A stretch of 64,000 bases of DNA from a virus (Duplodnaviria > Caudoviricetes), in IMG/VR virus record IMGVR_UViG_3300037440_000315, positions 36,871 through 100,870 of that record. One strand, 5' to 3'. How positions within the stretch are numbered: position 1 is the first letter of the stretch; each line of letters opens with the position of its first letter. Positions 53,342 to 62,972 of the stretch are shown here, one piece after another. The notes beneath the pieces are model-generated. The model was not told where the DNA came from. It saw only the letters and a list, made by a program, of their open reading frames with translations, and searched no databases. Made by a program: the position numbers and the translations under genes.

Positions 53342-54398
53342 AGCAGCCCTGAAAGAGCAGACCACTGACATTTCGGCACTCGTCGAAACCAATCCCGTCA
53401 TGGTTCTGACGGACGTAAAAACATACGAGCAATTCTACGCTTCCATCAAGGCCAAGATTGCAGCGTCGGAGCCGGATGTCTCAACGGATTCTGGCCGGAA
53501 GAAGATCAAGTCTCTGGCCTATCAGATCACGCGGTCCAAGACAGCCATCGACGAGGCAGGCAAGAACCGCACCGAAGAATGGCGGAAGCTGACCAATCAG
53601 GTGAATGCGCAACGCAAAAGAGTTCGCGAGGAACTGGAAGAGCTTGCCGCCGAAGCGCGTCAGCCCGTTACGGAGTGGGAGCGGGCCGAAGATGAGCGCA
53701 TTGAGAAAGTCGCTAAATTCTTTGAGATCATTGCACTCTTCCGGAGTCTTCCGCATGGCGCGGGAAGCGGCACAGTTCAGGATCATATCGACACGCTCAG
53801 CGAAATGAATGTCGATAAAGACCTGATGCGTGAACGGTCGGATGAGGCAGAAGACGCCTTGTCCAGCGCGCTCGCCCATCTACAGCAGGTGTACGCAGCT
53901 ATGGTGAAAGCCGAAGCTGATGCCCGCGAATTGGAGCGACTTCGCGAACAGGAAGCCGCCCGCGTGAAAGCCGAGCGCGAAGCTGCCGAGAGAGCCGAAC
54001 AGGAACGCCTCGCCAAGGAATCGGCAGAGCGTGCCGAGGCCGAAGCCAAGCGCCGCGAGGAAGAGGCTGCCGAACGGGCACGTGCCGAGGAAAAGCGCCT
54101 GGCTGAGGAAGCCATCGCCAAGGCCGAACGCGAAAAGCAAGCCGCTATCGCAAAAGCCGAAGCCGAGAAGCTGGCGCTGATCCGCGAGCAGGAGCGCAAG
54201 GAAGCCGCACGGCAGGCCGAACTTGACCGCGAAGCTGCCGAGCAGGCGAAACGCGAAGCCAACAAGAAGCACCGCGCCAAACTGATGAACGCGGCGGAGA
54301 GCGCAATCCGTGATCTCGGCATCGACGCGGCAATCGCAACGCAGATCGTCGCCGCCATTATTGATGGCAAGATTCCGAACTGCCGCTTTGAGTTTTGA
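53334..54398 (+). CDS. Coiled-coil phage protein
   Basis: GRK.I.SLAY....SKT..D..GK N-terminus; long E/A/R-rich helix. Confidence 0.7.
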   Translation: MAEAALKEQTTDISALVETNPVMVLTDVKTYEQFYASIKAKIAASEPDVSTDSGRKKIKSLAYQITRSKTAIDEAGKNRTEEWRKLTNQVNAQRKRVREELEELAAEARQPVTEWERAEDERIEKVAKFFEIIALFRSLPHGAGSGTVQDHIDTLSEMNVDKDLMRERSDEAEDALSSALAHLQQVYAAMVKAEADARELERLREQEAARVKAEREAAERAEQERLAKESAERAEAEAKRREEEAAERARAEEKRLAEEAIAKAEREKQAAIAKAEAEKLALIREQERKEAARQAELDREAAEQAKREANKKHRAKLMNAAESAIRDLGIDAAIATQIVAAIIDGKIPNCRFEF

Positions 54399-54406
54399 GG
54401 CACATC

Positions 54407-54598
54407 ATGAGCGACACTCGCTTAATTGATCCGAACGACATACTCGCGTGGATGCGAGAGAGTTTCAACGTGGACGCGGAACGTGGCGTCATAACGTGGC
54501 GCGACGGGTTCACCGACAAAAGAAGACTGCATAACGCCAACGGAGGCCGCACGCCTCCAAAAGAAGGTTGCCGCCGCTGGAGGAAATATGCCGCTTGA
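54407..54598 (+). pseudogene. Truncated HNH homing endonuclease remnant
   Basis: MRESFNVDAERGVITWR resembles an HNH-AP2 HEG N-terminus, but no nuclease domain follows. Confidence 0.4.
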
Positions 54599-55232
54599 AA
54601 TTATAGATTGCGATCAAAATAGCCCCACTTGGTTTGATAGCAGAAAAGGCCTCGTCACCGCATCGCAATTCAAAACCGTCCTTGCGAGTGGCAAGGGCGG
54701 CGGGGAGAGCATTACACGCCGCAAGTACCTTTACACCCTCGCGGGCGAAATCATCACTGGCGAGCCTTCTGAAAGCTTCTCAAACAGGAACATGGAGCGC
54801 GGCCACGAGATGGAAGGCGAGGCCCGAAACTTCTACGCCTTTATGAAGGACATCGAACCGGAGCGCGTCGGCTTCATCCGCAACGGTCGCAAGGGCGCAA
54901 GTCCCGATAGCCTTCTTGGTACGGATGGTTTGTTGGAGATCAAGACGGCTATTCCATCCGTGCTGATTGAGTTGCTGATCAAGGACCAGTTCCCGCCAGA
55001 GCATAAGGCTCAGACGCAGGGGCAGTTGATGGTTGCCGAGCGTGAATGGGTAGACATCTGTTGTTACTGGCCGGGAATGCCGCCGCTGATCAAGCGTGCG
55101 GCACGCGACGAAAAATACATCAGCGAGCTTTCGCGCGCCGTGTCGATCTTCAATGAAGAGTTGGACGCTCTTGTCTCCCGCATCCGCTCTTACGGCGGTC
55201 ATGACGCTATAGGGGAGGAAGCGGCAGCATGA
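54588..55232 (+). CDS. Lambda exonuclease / YqaJ family
   Basis: Q.S..W...R.G..TAS, M.RG..ME, GASPD, LEIK, Q.Q..L. Confidence 0.88.
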   Translation: MPLEIIDCDQNSPTWFDSRKGLVTASQFKTVLASGKGGGESITRRKYLYTLAGEIITGEPSESFSNRNMERGHEMEGEARNFYAFMKDIEPERVGFIRNGRKGASPDSLLGTDGLLEIKTAIPSVLIELLIKDQFPPEHKAQTQGQLMVAEREWVDICCYWPGMPPLIKRAARDEKYISELSRAVSIFNEELDALVSRIRSYGGHDAIGEEAAA

Positions 55233-55392
55233 AACAAGCCCAGATCGATAAAGACGGCACCTTTCACTGCACGCTCGGCGTCGGAGAGAAGTGCACCGTC
55301 ACATGGCAATCAAACGATCCTAATCCATGGCTGGTCCTGACCGTTATTTGCGCCAGCATAATTGTGCTGGCGCTCGTGATTGCGAGAACAAA

Positions 55393-55728
55393 ATGGCTCT
55401 GATTTCCGACAAGGCCGTGCAGGCGGCGTTCGATTATCTCAATGATGCGGCAGATGCCGCAGCGAAAGCGCGTGCTGACCGCATCCTATCCGAGCATAAG
55501 CGCAAGAAGGTGCTGGCGGAGCTGCTGATGCAGCAGAATGAAGGCTCCGCCGATCGCCGCCGCGCCGCTGCTGAAGCCGATCCAGAGTACTGGAAATCCT
55601 GCCAGGAAGAGGCTGAGGCCGTTCGCGCGGATTGCTGGCACATGCATCAGAAGGCGCGGGCGATGGCCGTCATAGACGCTTGGCGGACTGAGCAGAGCAA
55701 TCTCAGGCAAACATCGAGGGTTGGATGA
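55393..55728 (+). CDS. Conserved helical phage protein
   Basis: A.ADPEY...IDAWRT..SN.R; follows the exonuclease. Confidence 0.6.
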   Translation: MALISDKAVQAAFDYLNDAADAAAKARADRILSEHKRKKVLAELLMQQNEGSADRRRAAAEADPEYWKSCQEEAEAVRADCWHMHQKARAMAVIDAWRTEQSNLRQTSRVG

Positions 55729-55840
55729 TGATCCCGCCAGATAAGAGATTTGGCCCGCCTGTAGGCGAGAAGGTGACGGAGGAAGTCTCGTAGTGACGCA
55801 TACATTAGAGAAGAGGACGAAGATTTCAGGAGTAGGAACG

Positions 55841-56692
55841 ATGGCATTAGCAGAAGACATAAATATAGTCCATGGAAAACCTGGGAAAACAACAAAGGTT
55901 GAAAGGTATAAATGGACAACCAAAGACGAACCGGGTACGTTTGTGCAATTGAATAAAGGTGATCTGCAAGTTCACCCTGAATATCAAAGAAGCGCCAATA
56001 GCAAAAAGGTTTTACAGATCGCGTCCGAATGGTCTTGGGTTTCTTGCGGTGCCATCATTATCGGAGAGAGATCCGGGGAATATTGGGTGATTGATGGGCA
56101 GCACCGCGTTTTAGCTGCAAAGAAGCGTTCCGACATAAAGAAACTCCCGTGTCTCGTATTCATGACAACGGGTGTGGTCGAAGAAGCAAAGGGCTTTCTC
56201 GCTGTCAACACGGGACGCGGCGCAGTTTCTGCGTTTGACCGATTCAAGGCGTTGGTCACATCTGGCGACGAAGCCGCTATCGCCGTTGAAAATCTGTTCA
56301 GTCGGCTGAACGTCAACATGACGCCGGGCGGCGCGATGAAGCCACTGGATTTCGCCAGCATCGGCTGGGCACTATCGAAGGCGGGCGGCAACAGAGCTTC
56401 GTTCGAAACAGTTATGACCCTTGCCGCTGAAGTGTGCAAGGACGTTGCGCCGCTTCACGAAAAGCTCGTGTCAGGTCTCTACTACCTTCATTTTGCCCAT
56501 AAGCAAGGCGGACTGAATGAAAAAAATCTGAGAAATCGGATCATTTCGGTCGGACCCGGACGCCTCCTTGAAGGCGCTTCGCGCGCTGCAGCGTATTACA
56601 CCAAAGGCGGTGCCAAGATATGGGCGCAGGGGATGATGGATGAGATCAACAAAGGTCTCCACACCAAGTTCGACATAAAGATCGTGCTGTAA
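55841..56692 (+). CDS. ParB-like (DGQHR, DUF6551-like) protein
   Basis: V.PEYQR and YWVIDGQHRVLAA motifs. Confidence 0.7.
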   Translation: MALAEDINIVHGKPGKTTKVERYKWTTKDEPGTFVQLNKGDLQVHPEYQRSANSKKVLQIASEWSWVSCGAIIIGERSGEYWVIDGQHRVLAAKKRSDIKKLPCLVFMTTGVVEEAKGFLAVNTGRGAVSAFDRFKALVTSGDEAAIAVENLFSRLNVNMTPGGAMKPLDFASIGWALSKAGGNRASFETVMTLAAEVCKDVAPLHEKLVSGLYYLHFAHKQGGLNEKNLRNRIISVGPGRLLEGASRAAAYYTKGGAKIWAQGMMDEINKGLHTKFDIKIVL

Positions 56693-56695
56693 GCC

Positions 56696-56941
56696 ATGAC
56701 TCGCCCCTGGCTCCGCCCAAACGACAAAGGCATCTACATCTGTGAGGCGCTTGAAGACCAGATAGAGGCGCGTATGCAGCCACGTGCACAGCCTCGGGAC
56801 AAATGGTTCTGGCTGAGAGCGATCTTCTACGTTGGCGCTGCTGTCTGTGCAAAGGCCGGGGCAATATCTGGGTTTGTTCTGGGGTCTCCGGTGATTGTGG
56901 GGATTTGGGTTTGCAGGAAGGTGTGGAGGGCGGTGCGATGA
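56696..56941 (+). CDS. Hypothetical membrane protein
   Basis: Hydrophobic C-terminal half. Confidence 0.4.
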   Translation: MTRPWLRPNDKGIYICEALEDQIEARMQPRAQPRDKWFWLRAIFYVGAAVCAKAGAISGFVLGSPVIVGIWVCRKVWRAVR

Positions 56942-57038
56942 TGGGCTTTGCCGATGTTCTTATTCTAGCAGTCCTACTTTCGATTGAGTGGAAAATCTGG
57001 ACCATAAGCGCCACGCTGAAGCGCATTGAGAAGAAGCT

Positions 57039-57719
57039 ATGACCAAGCGCGCCGAATTCACAACACTGACGAAGCTCAAAGCAATGGCGCGCTATGCCCG
57101 CTGCCCCGGCGAGGTAGAATGCTCATGCGCATCTTGTGGGAAGAATTTCGTTCGCCCATACCGGATGAACGCGAAGCGAAAGCTTAAACCTCAGTACTGC
57201 TCCAAGGCATGCCTTGCGCACGCCCGCAAAATCAATGCGGAAATAAGATTGGCCGAACGTTTCTGGAGCAAGGTCTATAGAGACGCTGATCCAGATAAAT
57301 GCTGGGTATGGCGTGCACAAATCGACAAAAATGGATACGGAAAGTTTCAGCTTAGACACGGCGAACCCGCTCTCGCTCATCGCGTATCATACATGCTGGC
57401 GCACGGCTATATGCCACCTAGTGAACAGCTAGTTTGCCATGAGTGCGACAATCCACCGTGCGTCAACCCAAAGCACCTCTGGCTTGGCGACGACAAGACA
57501 AATCACGATGACTGCGTGGCAAAGGGTCGGCACTCGCCTATTCCTGTCGTGAGGGGAAGTGCTGTTAACACCTCAAAATTGACTGAAGCCCAAGCCCGCG
57601 AAGTTCTGACTTCACCGCTCAGCAATACGCAGTTGGGTCAAAAATTCGGGGTCTCTAAAACCGCCATCCGTCTGATTAGGACCGGTAAGAACTGGTCACA
57701 TCTTAGGGAGGCGTCATGA
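57039..57719 (+). CDS. HNH homing endonuclease
   Basis: RFWSKV, CWVW, GYG, AHRVSY, VCHECDNPPCVNP.HL.LG...N..D. Confidence 0.88.
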   Translation: MTKRAEFTTLTKLKAMARYARCPGEVECSCASCGKNFVRPYRMNAKRKLKPQYCSKACLAHARKINAEIRLAERFWSKVYRDADPDKCWVWRAQIDKNGYGKFQLRHGEPALAHRVSYMLAHGYMPPSEQLVCHECDNPPCVNPKHLWLGDDKTNHDDCVAKGRHSPIPVVRGSAVNTSKLTEAQAREVLTSPLSNTQLGQKFGVSKTAIRLIRTGKNWSHLREAS

Positions 57720-58135
57720 CCGCGCGCCGCCGCCTTACAGAGCGCCAAGTCCTCGAAGTCCTGATCGTCAATCACGGCGCGATCATCCCGTGCGGGATCT
57801 GCAGGCTCGCTCTGAAGGCGGAGGATCTCCGCTACGTCGAACGCGATCACCATCGCGCCAAGTACACCTATTTAGACGAGGAACTCGACCAGTGGGAAGC
57901 CATCGACAATCAGCGCTACGTCCACGGATTGAGAGATCCGAACCACGATTGCCATCGTCGCAAGACAGACGGCACGAAGGCCACGACAGCGGGCAGTGAC
58001 AGGCACATGGCCGCGAAAGGCCGTCGCCTACGCGGCGAGAACAAGCCCAAGCGCAAGGCGAAGATCCAGTCCCGAGGCTTCCCGTCTCCTGAAGAGCGCC
58101 GGGCAGTGAAAGAGAAATACGAGAGGGTGAGATGA
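57716..58135 (+). CDS. HNH-like protein
   Basis: CGIC...ERDH...DN...CHRRKT...D...AAK.RR. Confidence 0.55.
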   Translation: MTARRRLTERQVLEVLIVNHGAIIPCGICRLALKAEDLRYVERDHHRAKYTYLDEELDQWEAIDNQRYVHGLRDPNHDCHRRKTDGTKATTAGSDRHMAAKGRRLRGENKPKRKAKIQSRGFPSPEERRAVKEKYERVR

Positions 58136-58395
58136 GACTGAACCCCATAGACGAATATGTCGGCGCACAGATTACCCGATGGCGTGAGCATCGCGGGCTT
58201 GAACAGAAAGACCTGGCTGACCGCGCCGGAATAAACAGCTCGATCATCTGCCGCTATGAGAGCGGGGAAAGCCGGGCCTATGCCATCACGCTTTGGAAGA
58301 TATCGAAGGCTCTTGGAATTCCGGTTTCGTACTTCTTTGAGGGGCTTCCGGTTGAAGCCACCGGCGCTGCAACGGAGGGGAACGCCGATGGCTGA
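58132..58395 (+). CDS. XRE-family HTH regulator
   Basis: D.YVG.QI...R...GL.Q.DLA...GI....I.RYE.G..R. Confidence 0.8.
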   Translation: MRLNPIDEYVGAQITRWREHRGLEQKDLADRAGINSSIICRYESGESRAYAITLWKISKALGIPVSYFFEGLPVEATGAATEGNADG

Positions 58396-58651
58396 CCTAT
58401 CACGCGATGAACTTCTGATCACCCTGATCGAGGAATGCGGCGAGGTGATCCAGGCGGCGACGAAATGCCTTCGTTTCGGCTGGGATCGCGACTGGCCCGG
58501 ATACGGCGTCAATCATCACAAGCTAGCCGCTGAACTTGGCGAGGTCATGGCGATCGTTGCCGAGCTTCCGCTGGATCGTGAGCAGATGACGAGCGCTGGC
58601 GCGGCCAAGATCAACCGCATGAAGCGCTGGAAGGAGAACGCCAATGGCTGA
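58388..58651 (+). CDS. MazG-like nucleotide pyrophosphohydrolase
   Basis: IEECGEVIQAATK.LRFG...ELGEV. Confidence 0.6.
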   Translation: MADLSRDELLITLIEECGEVIQAATKCLRFGWDRDWPGYGVNHHKLAAELGEVMAIVAELPLDREQMTSAGAAKINRMKRWKENANG

Positions 58652-59414
58652 AACTGAAAGACACGTCGATCCGACACCAGAACGAGTAGTCCGCAAGGCG
58701 ATCCGCCGAGTGCTGTGGAAAGCTGGCCTCATTGATCGGGACGGCGCGTCAGAACCGCAGCGCATTGTCGAGGATGAATGCACGCGAGCCGCCCTCACCG
58801 CGATTGAATCCGCTGGCTTCGTCCTCATGCCGAAGGATAAGACGGGTACAGATGATTTGTGTCAGGCGTCCCCCGGAATAAAAGGCGAGACCGTATCGCG
58901 CGAAGAGACGGGCAATGCGGATGCCAGAAAGTACAAAGACCTGAGAGAGTCGCTGCGGCTTCCGTTTATGTCATTTTTCATGGATGGAAGAAACGAGCAC
59001 GGGACGCATCTGCTTCCGCTGCCGGGCTGTCGCATCTCTGATGAAGAGACGATTGCCGACCAATTCGACCCACGCGGAGATCTTGCCGAAGCAATATTTG
59101 CGGAGGCCGAAGCGCTCGGCCACGAAGCGGGTCACGTAATCACCACCATCTGGCGGTGGGACCGAAGCGACGAATATTACGATTTCGTCCGTGTAGATCC
59201 GATCCTTACCGAAGCGTTCTATGGCACGCCAGAAGGACAGCGGGATTATCTTGCGCAAGGCGACATGCTCAGTTGCCTGAGTGAAGAGGCGCAACGCGCC
59301 GACACTGAGAGCGCTGCAAATGTTGAGCGATCCCTGACACCAAATAATCAGGACACCGACGGCATCGAACCTGAGAAAGTCGTCTTCAAAGACCTGACTG
59401 ATTGGGAGGATTGA
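58644..59414 (+). CDS. Hypothetical protein
   Basis: Coupled ORF, AGGAG RBS. Confidence 0.55.
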   Translation: MAETERHVDPTPERVVRKAIRRVLWKAGLIDRDGASEPQRIVEDECTRAALTAIESAGFVLMPKDKTGTDDLCQASPGIKGETVSREETGNADARKYKDLRESLRLPFMSFFMDGRNEHGTHLLPLPGCRISDEETIADQFDPRGDLAEAIFAEAEALGHEAGHVITTIWRWDRSDEYYDFVRVDPILTEAFYGTPEGQRDYLAQGDMLSCLSEEAQRADTESAANVERSLTPNNQDTDGIEPEKVVFKDLTDWED

Positions 59415-59416
59415 AC

Positions 59417-59779
59417 ATGCTCGATAACACATTCCCCCCGATGCCGGATCACATCCTTTCGATCGTGTCGAGACACTCCAAACTTATGGAGCAGATCCAG
59501 TGGGAGATCGGCGACGCCAGCGTCAGCCCGTCGCAAGCGCTCCTGATCATGAATCTCGGCAACGATGCGGTCAAGGCCGGCAATCTCAGACGCCTTGGAT
59601 ATTACACCGGAACGAACGCGTCTTACAATCTGAATGCGTTGGAAGAAACGGGATACCTCAGGCGCTCGAACGTCAAGGGCGACCGTCGGCAGAAACTCGT
59701 CTCACTGACGGCGAAGGGCCTGGATCTCTGCATCCGCCTTCGCCGTAAGCTTTCAGTTAAAGAGAGGGAGGCAGCGTGA
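59417..59779 (+). CDS. MarR-family regulator, LdtR-like
   Basis: QALLIMNLG...AG.LR..GYY.G.N.SYNL..L...GY...DRR..LT.KG. Confidence 0.75.
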   Translation: MLDNTFPPMPDHILSIVSRHSKLMEQIQWEIGDASVSPSQALLIMNLGNDAVKAGNLRRLGYYTGTNASYNLNALEETGYLRRSNVKGDRRQKLVSLTAKGLDLCIRLRRKLSVKEREAA

Positions 59780-60168
59780 TGCCACTCGTCTACATTAAAC
59801 GATATTCCCGCCAGATGATTCAATCCAACCGAGAATGGATCTTTGTGTTCGGCGACAATTTCGAACGACGCGGTTTGCGTGGACAGGCCAAAGAAGCGCG
59901 CGGCGAATGGAACGCAATCGGCATCGCCACGAAACACAAGCCAGCGATGACACCAGACGCATATTTGAAGGATAGCGATCTTGATTTCTGGCGCAAGGAA
60001 GAAGATGAAAATCTGACTTATCTGAAGGATGCGATCGAAACTTGCAAACTCGTCGTTTGGCCTGTTGACGGCATAGGCACGGGCCTTGCCGATCTTCCGA
60101 ACAGAGCGCCGCTGATCGATTTGGAAATCCAGAATTTCCTTCGCGAACTGGAGGCTTTAGATGAGTGA
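59776..60168 (+). CDS. Conserved phage protein (FVFGDN, macro-domain-like)
   Basis: IFVFGDN....G..GQA...R...NAIGI.TK...GIGTGLA. Confidence 0.6.
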   Translation: MMPLVYIKRYSRQMIQSNREWIFVFGDNFERRGLRGQAKEARGEWNAIGIATKHKPAMTPDAYLKDSDLDFWRKEEDENLTYLKDAIETCKLVVWPVDGIGTGLADLPNRAPLIDLEIQNFLRELEALDE

Positions 60169-60323
60169 CCTATCCAAATGCGCCGACTCCTTCTGTCCCA
60201 GCAAGGATCACTGTTACAGGTTCACGGCTCCGGCGTCACTGGTATGGCAGAGCTTTGCAGATTTCCAACGTCGCGGCCGGCCGTGCTGTGATTCCTACAT
60301 CCCGGCTCCCAAGGAGGAACCCG

Positions 60324-60512
60324 ATGCCTGACACCTGCTCCACCTGCAAGTTCTGGGAACACTGGCGCGTCGTCATGCTCGCAGATGATGAGCCACAATC
60401 GGTTGGCCATTGTGTCGTTGAGCGTCCGGTAAACGAGCATGCCGTCATGACCATCATTCAAGGTCTGACCGCGCATGATTTCCACTGTGATTCCTACATC
60501 CCGGATGAGTGA
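60324..60512 (+). CDS. Small Cys-rich protein
   Basis: CSTCKFW; AGGAGG RBS. Confidence 0.45.
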   Translation: MPDTCSTCKFWEHWRVVMLADDEPQSVGHCVVERPVNEHAVMTIIQGLTAHDFHCDSYIPDE

Positions 60513-60696
60513 CCCCGCATTCAAGATTTGCATGCATCGAGAGTGTTCAAACAGAACCGAGCATATGGTGGCCGAATCCGGCTCAGTCGTCTTCGTATGC
60601 AACGAGCACTTGGAGGATGTCGTCTCGCTCTGCCGCGAAAAACCTATCGTCATGAGCGGCATCAGCCCCTTTCAGAACACCGGAGGCGACCAGTGA
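60505..60696 (+). CDS. Small Cys-rich protein
   Basis: C....C...VCNEH. Confidence 0.4.
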   Translation: MSDPAFKICMHRECSNRTEHMVAESGSVVFVCNEHLEDVVSLCREKPIVMSGISPFQNTGGDQ

Positions 60697-60998
60697 GCGA
60701 CCCGATCGACGCCATCGAAACCATGCTTGCGGAACGCAACTGGACGAGCCGTCACTTGATGGCCGCCTTGGGAACGACGGGCAAGATCTCTGAGATCATG
60801 AACCGCAAGCGCCCGCTCTCAATCGGGATGATCCGCTGCCTCGTCTTCAACTACGGGATGAACGCAGAGACGATGATCAAATGGTACCCGACTAAACAGC
60901 AGCCGGATGAGCCGGTCAATGTGTTTGTCGAGGTCTTCAAGGTCAGGAAGCCGGACGCCCCCGCTTCTAACCTCAATACCGGAGAGAGCGATGGGTAA
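60693..60998 (+). CDS. HigA-like antitoxin HTH domain protein
   Basis: DPIDAI..M......L...LG...ISEI.NRKRPLS..MIR.L. Confidence 0.65.
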   Translation: MSDPIDAIETMLAERNWTSRHLMAALGTTGKISEIMNRKRPLSIGMIRCLVFNYGMNAETMIKWYPTKQQPDEPVNVFVEVFKVRKPDAPASNLNTGESDG

Positions 60999-61188
60999 GG
61001 TGAACATTCGTGAAGCTGAACTTGAGCGCGAAGACGATGACGCGATCATGTGCCGGACGTGTAACTCGCCCGCAGAAGATGAGTTCGAACCCTATTGCAT
61101 GAGCTGCGGGATGTACTGGCGCGATTGCATAAACGGTTTATGGGACGACGCCGTTCAGATCGATCCGGTGGAGAGGGGCAGCCAGTGA
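60991..61188 (+). CDS. Small Zn-finger-like protein
   Basis: CRTC...CMSC. Confidence 0.45.
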   Translation: MGKVNIREAELEREDDDAIMCRTCNSPAEDEFEPYCMSCGMYWRDCINGLWDDAVQIDPVERGSQ

Positions 61189-61631
61189 CGACATTCTACG
61201 CGCCGTTGACGATCGAAGAAGTTGTCGAGCCTCGTTACGACAAGCTCGTCGATGGCTGCGACCGGGCTCTCTACATGATCAAATATGGCGAACTCGCGCC
61301 GGACGAGCGGATTTACAACTGGGTGAAGAAACACACTGGCTGGGTCTATTTCATTCAGTGCGGCGGGTTCATCAAGATTGGTTTCTCGGGAGATCCTCTG
61401 TTCCGCTTAAGGGCGCTGCAGAAAGCAAATCCGCTGCCGCTCCGACTTGTCGCCACGCAACGCGGCGAACGGGACCTCGAGCGGAAAATCCACCGCCATT
61501 TCCGGCAGGCGCGGCGCGAGGGCGAATGGTTCAAATTCACCGACGCGATCTATTGGCACGTCGTCATGAAAGCAAGACTGCACGTCGATCCTCAGACCCT
61601 GAGCAAGAAAAATGCCGCCAGCAATCGTTAA
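61185..61631 (+). CDS. GIY-YIG (T5orf172/MUG113-like) nuclease domain protein
   Basis: VYFI......IKIGFS..P..RL..LQ..NP...E..IH..F...R..GEWF. Confidence 0.8.
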   Translation: MTTFYAPLTIEEVVEPRYDKLVDGCDRALYMIKYGELAPDERIYNWVKKHTGWVYFIQCGGFIKIGFSGDPLFRLRALQKANPLPLRLVATQRGERDLERKIHRHFRQARREGEWFKFTDAIYWHVVMKARLHVDPQTLSKKNAASNR

Positions 61632-61953
61632 GCCCCTCACCACCAAAGACCTGTCCGAAATGACCGGCTTCAGCATGGACTATTTTCAGAAGCTCGCAAG
61701 GGCAGGGAAGATTCCATGTCAAAGATTGGGCTATGGTTCTCGAGCCATGTTCCTATTCGATTCTGCCGAATTCGAACAGTGGTGGAAATCCAATTTACGA
61801 AAGGTAGAGCCATGTCGGGAGGCACGCTCCGGAAACGGGGGAAGATCTACTGGGCGCGGGTCAGGTTCCAAGGGAAAGACCACGAAAAGTCCCTTGGCAC
61901 AGAAAGTCGATCAGTTGCTCGAGAGCGGCTTGGCCGCTATGTCGAAGAACTGA
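61612..61953 (+). CDS. xis: Excisionase
   Basis: LTTKDLSEMTGFS...QKLARAGKIP HTH; overlaps the integrase start. Confidence 0.7.
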   Translation: MPPAIVKPLTTKDLSEMTGFSMDYFQKLARAGKIPCQRLGYGSRAMFLFDSAEFEQWWKSNLRKVEPCREARSGNGGRSTGRGSGSKGKTTKSPLAQKVDQLLESGLAAMSKN

Positions 61954-62972
61954 AAGCGGCAAAGTGGGGTGAGAAGCCGCGCCGGAGCTTCGACGAGGCG
62001 ATCAAGCGATTCATTGCCGAGCATATGCCGCTGAAGCGGCCAGGCACATACAAGCGATATTCGTCGTCGATCAAGAGCCTGGTGCCGGCGTTCGAGGGAA
62101 TGCACATGGACGAGATCGGATCGGAGCGCCTTTACAAGTTCGAAATGGAGCGCCGCAAGAAAGTCCAGACGCCGACGATCCGTCGCGACCTTGCGTGTCT
62201 GCGGACGCTGTTCTCATGCGCCGAGACATGGGAATGGGTCTCGAGCAATCCGGTCAAGGCGTACCTGCGGGGCAGGGCGTCCAGCTTGGCGGAGAACCCG
62301 CCGCGTAACCGCGTCCTGTCGCACAAGGAAGAGGCCGACTTGCTCGCATCTGCGGCGGAGTGGGTCCGGCAGTCTCGCAGCGAAGGAGGCCATCCAGTTC
62401 CTTGGCCAATCATCATCCCGCTGGCGATCGAATCCGGCCTGCGTCGCGATGAATTGTTCGGCCTCGAGCGCGACAGTCAGTTGCGGTTGGACGCCAACGA
62501 GATATTCATTCCGAGCGAACGCGCCAAGGCTGGCAGGGATCGACGCATCCCGATCCTGGACCGGTCACGCAGGCTGCTCGAGCAGCATCCGCCATTTCTC
62601 GGCAAGCCGTGGGTCTTCTACCGTTCGGACGGCAATCGCTACTCGAGGAGCAGTCCGTATGTCTGGGAGAGTTTTCAGAAGATATGCCGACATGCTGGCG
62701 TGAAGGATTTCACGATCCACGATCTGCGGCGGACATGCGGCTGCCGATTGCTTCAGGACCGCCGCATGTCGATGGAGGAGGTTTCCAAGTGGCTGGGGCA
62801 CTCGTCGATCAAAGTGACGGAGCGCGTGTATGCATTTCTTGATGTCGAGCACCTGCACCGCGCGGTCGAGCGGACGAGTGGTAATGTGGTCACTTTGCCA
62901 GAGGGGACAATGCAGGGGACAAAGCGAAGGGGTTTTTCGAATAAACTTGTTGCTGAGCAACGAGTTTCGTAG
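61812..62972 (+). CDS. int: Tyrosine recombinase / integrase
   Basis: SGLRRDE (R), AK (K), HDLRR (H-x-x-R), LGHS (H), VY (Y). Confidence 0.93.
   Translation: MSGGTLRKRGKIYWARVRFQGKDHEKSLGTESRSVARERLGRYVEELKAAKWGEKPRRSFDEAIKRFIAEHMPLKRPGTYKRYSSSIKSLVPAFEGMHMDEIGSERLYKFEMERRKKVQTPTIRRDLACLRTLFSCAETWEWVSSNPVKAYLRGRASSLAENPPRNRVLSHKEEADLLASAAEWVRQSRSEGGHPVPWPIIIPLAIESGLRRDELFGLERDSQLRLDANEIFIPSERAKAGRDRRIPILDRSRRLLEQHPPFLGKPWVFYRSDGNRYSRSSPYVWESFQKICRHAGVKDFTIHDLRRTCGCRLLQDRRMSMEEVSKWLGHSSIKVTERVYAFLDVEHLHRAVERTSGNVVTLPEGTMQGTKRRGFSNKLVAEQRVS

Noticed and set aside
53334-54398. TolA or a tandem DNA repeat
   Set aside because: Low-complexity E/A/R/K coiled coil with no TM anchor, located in the phage recombination module.
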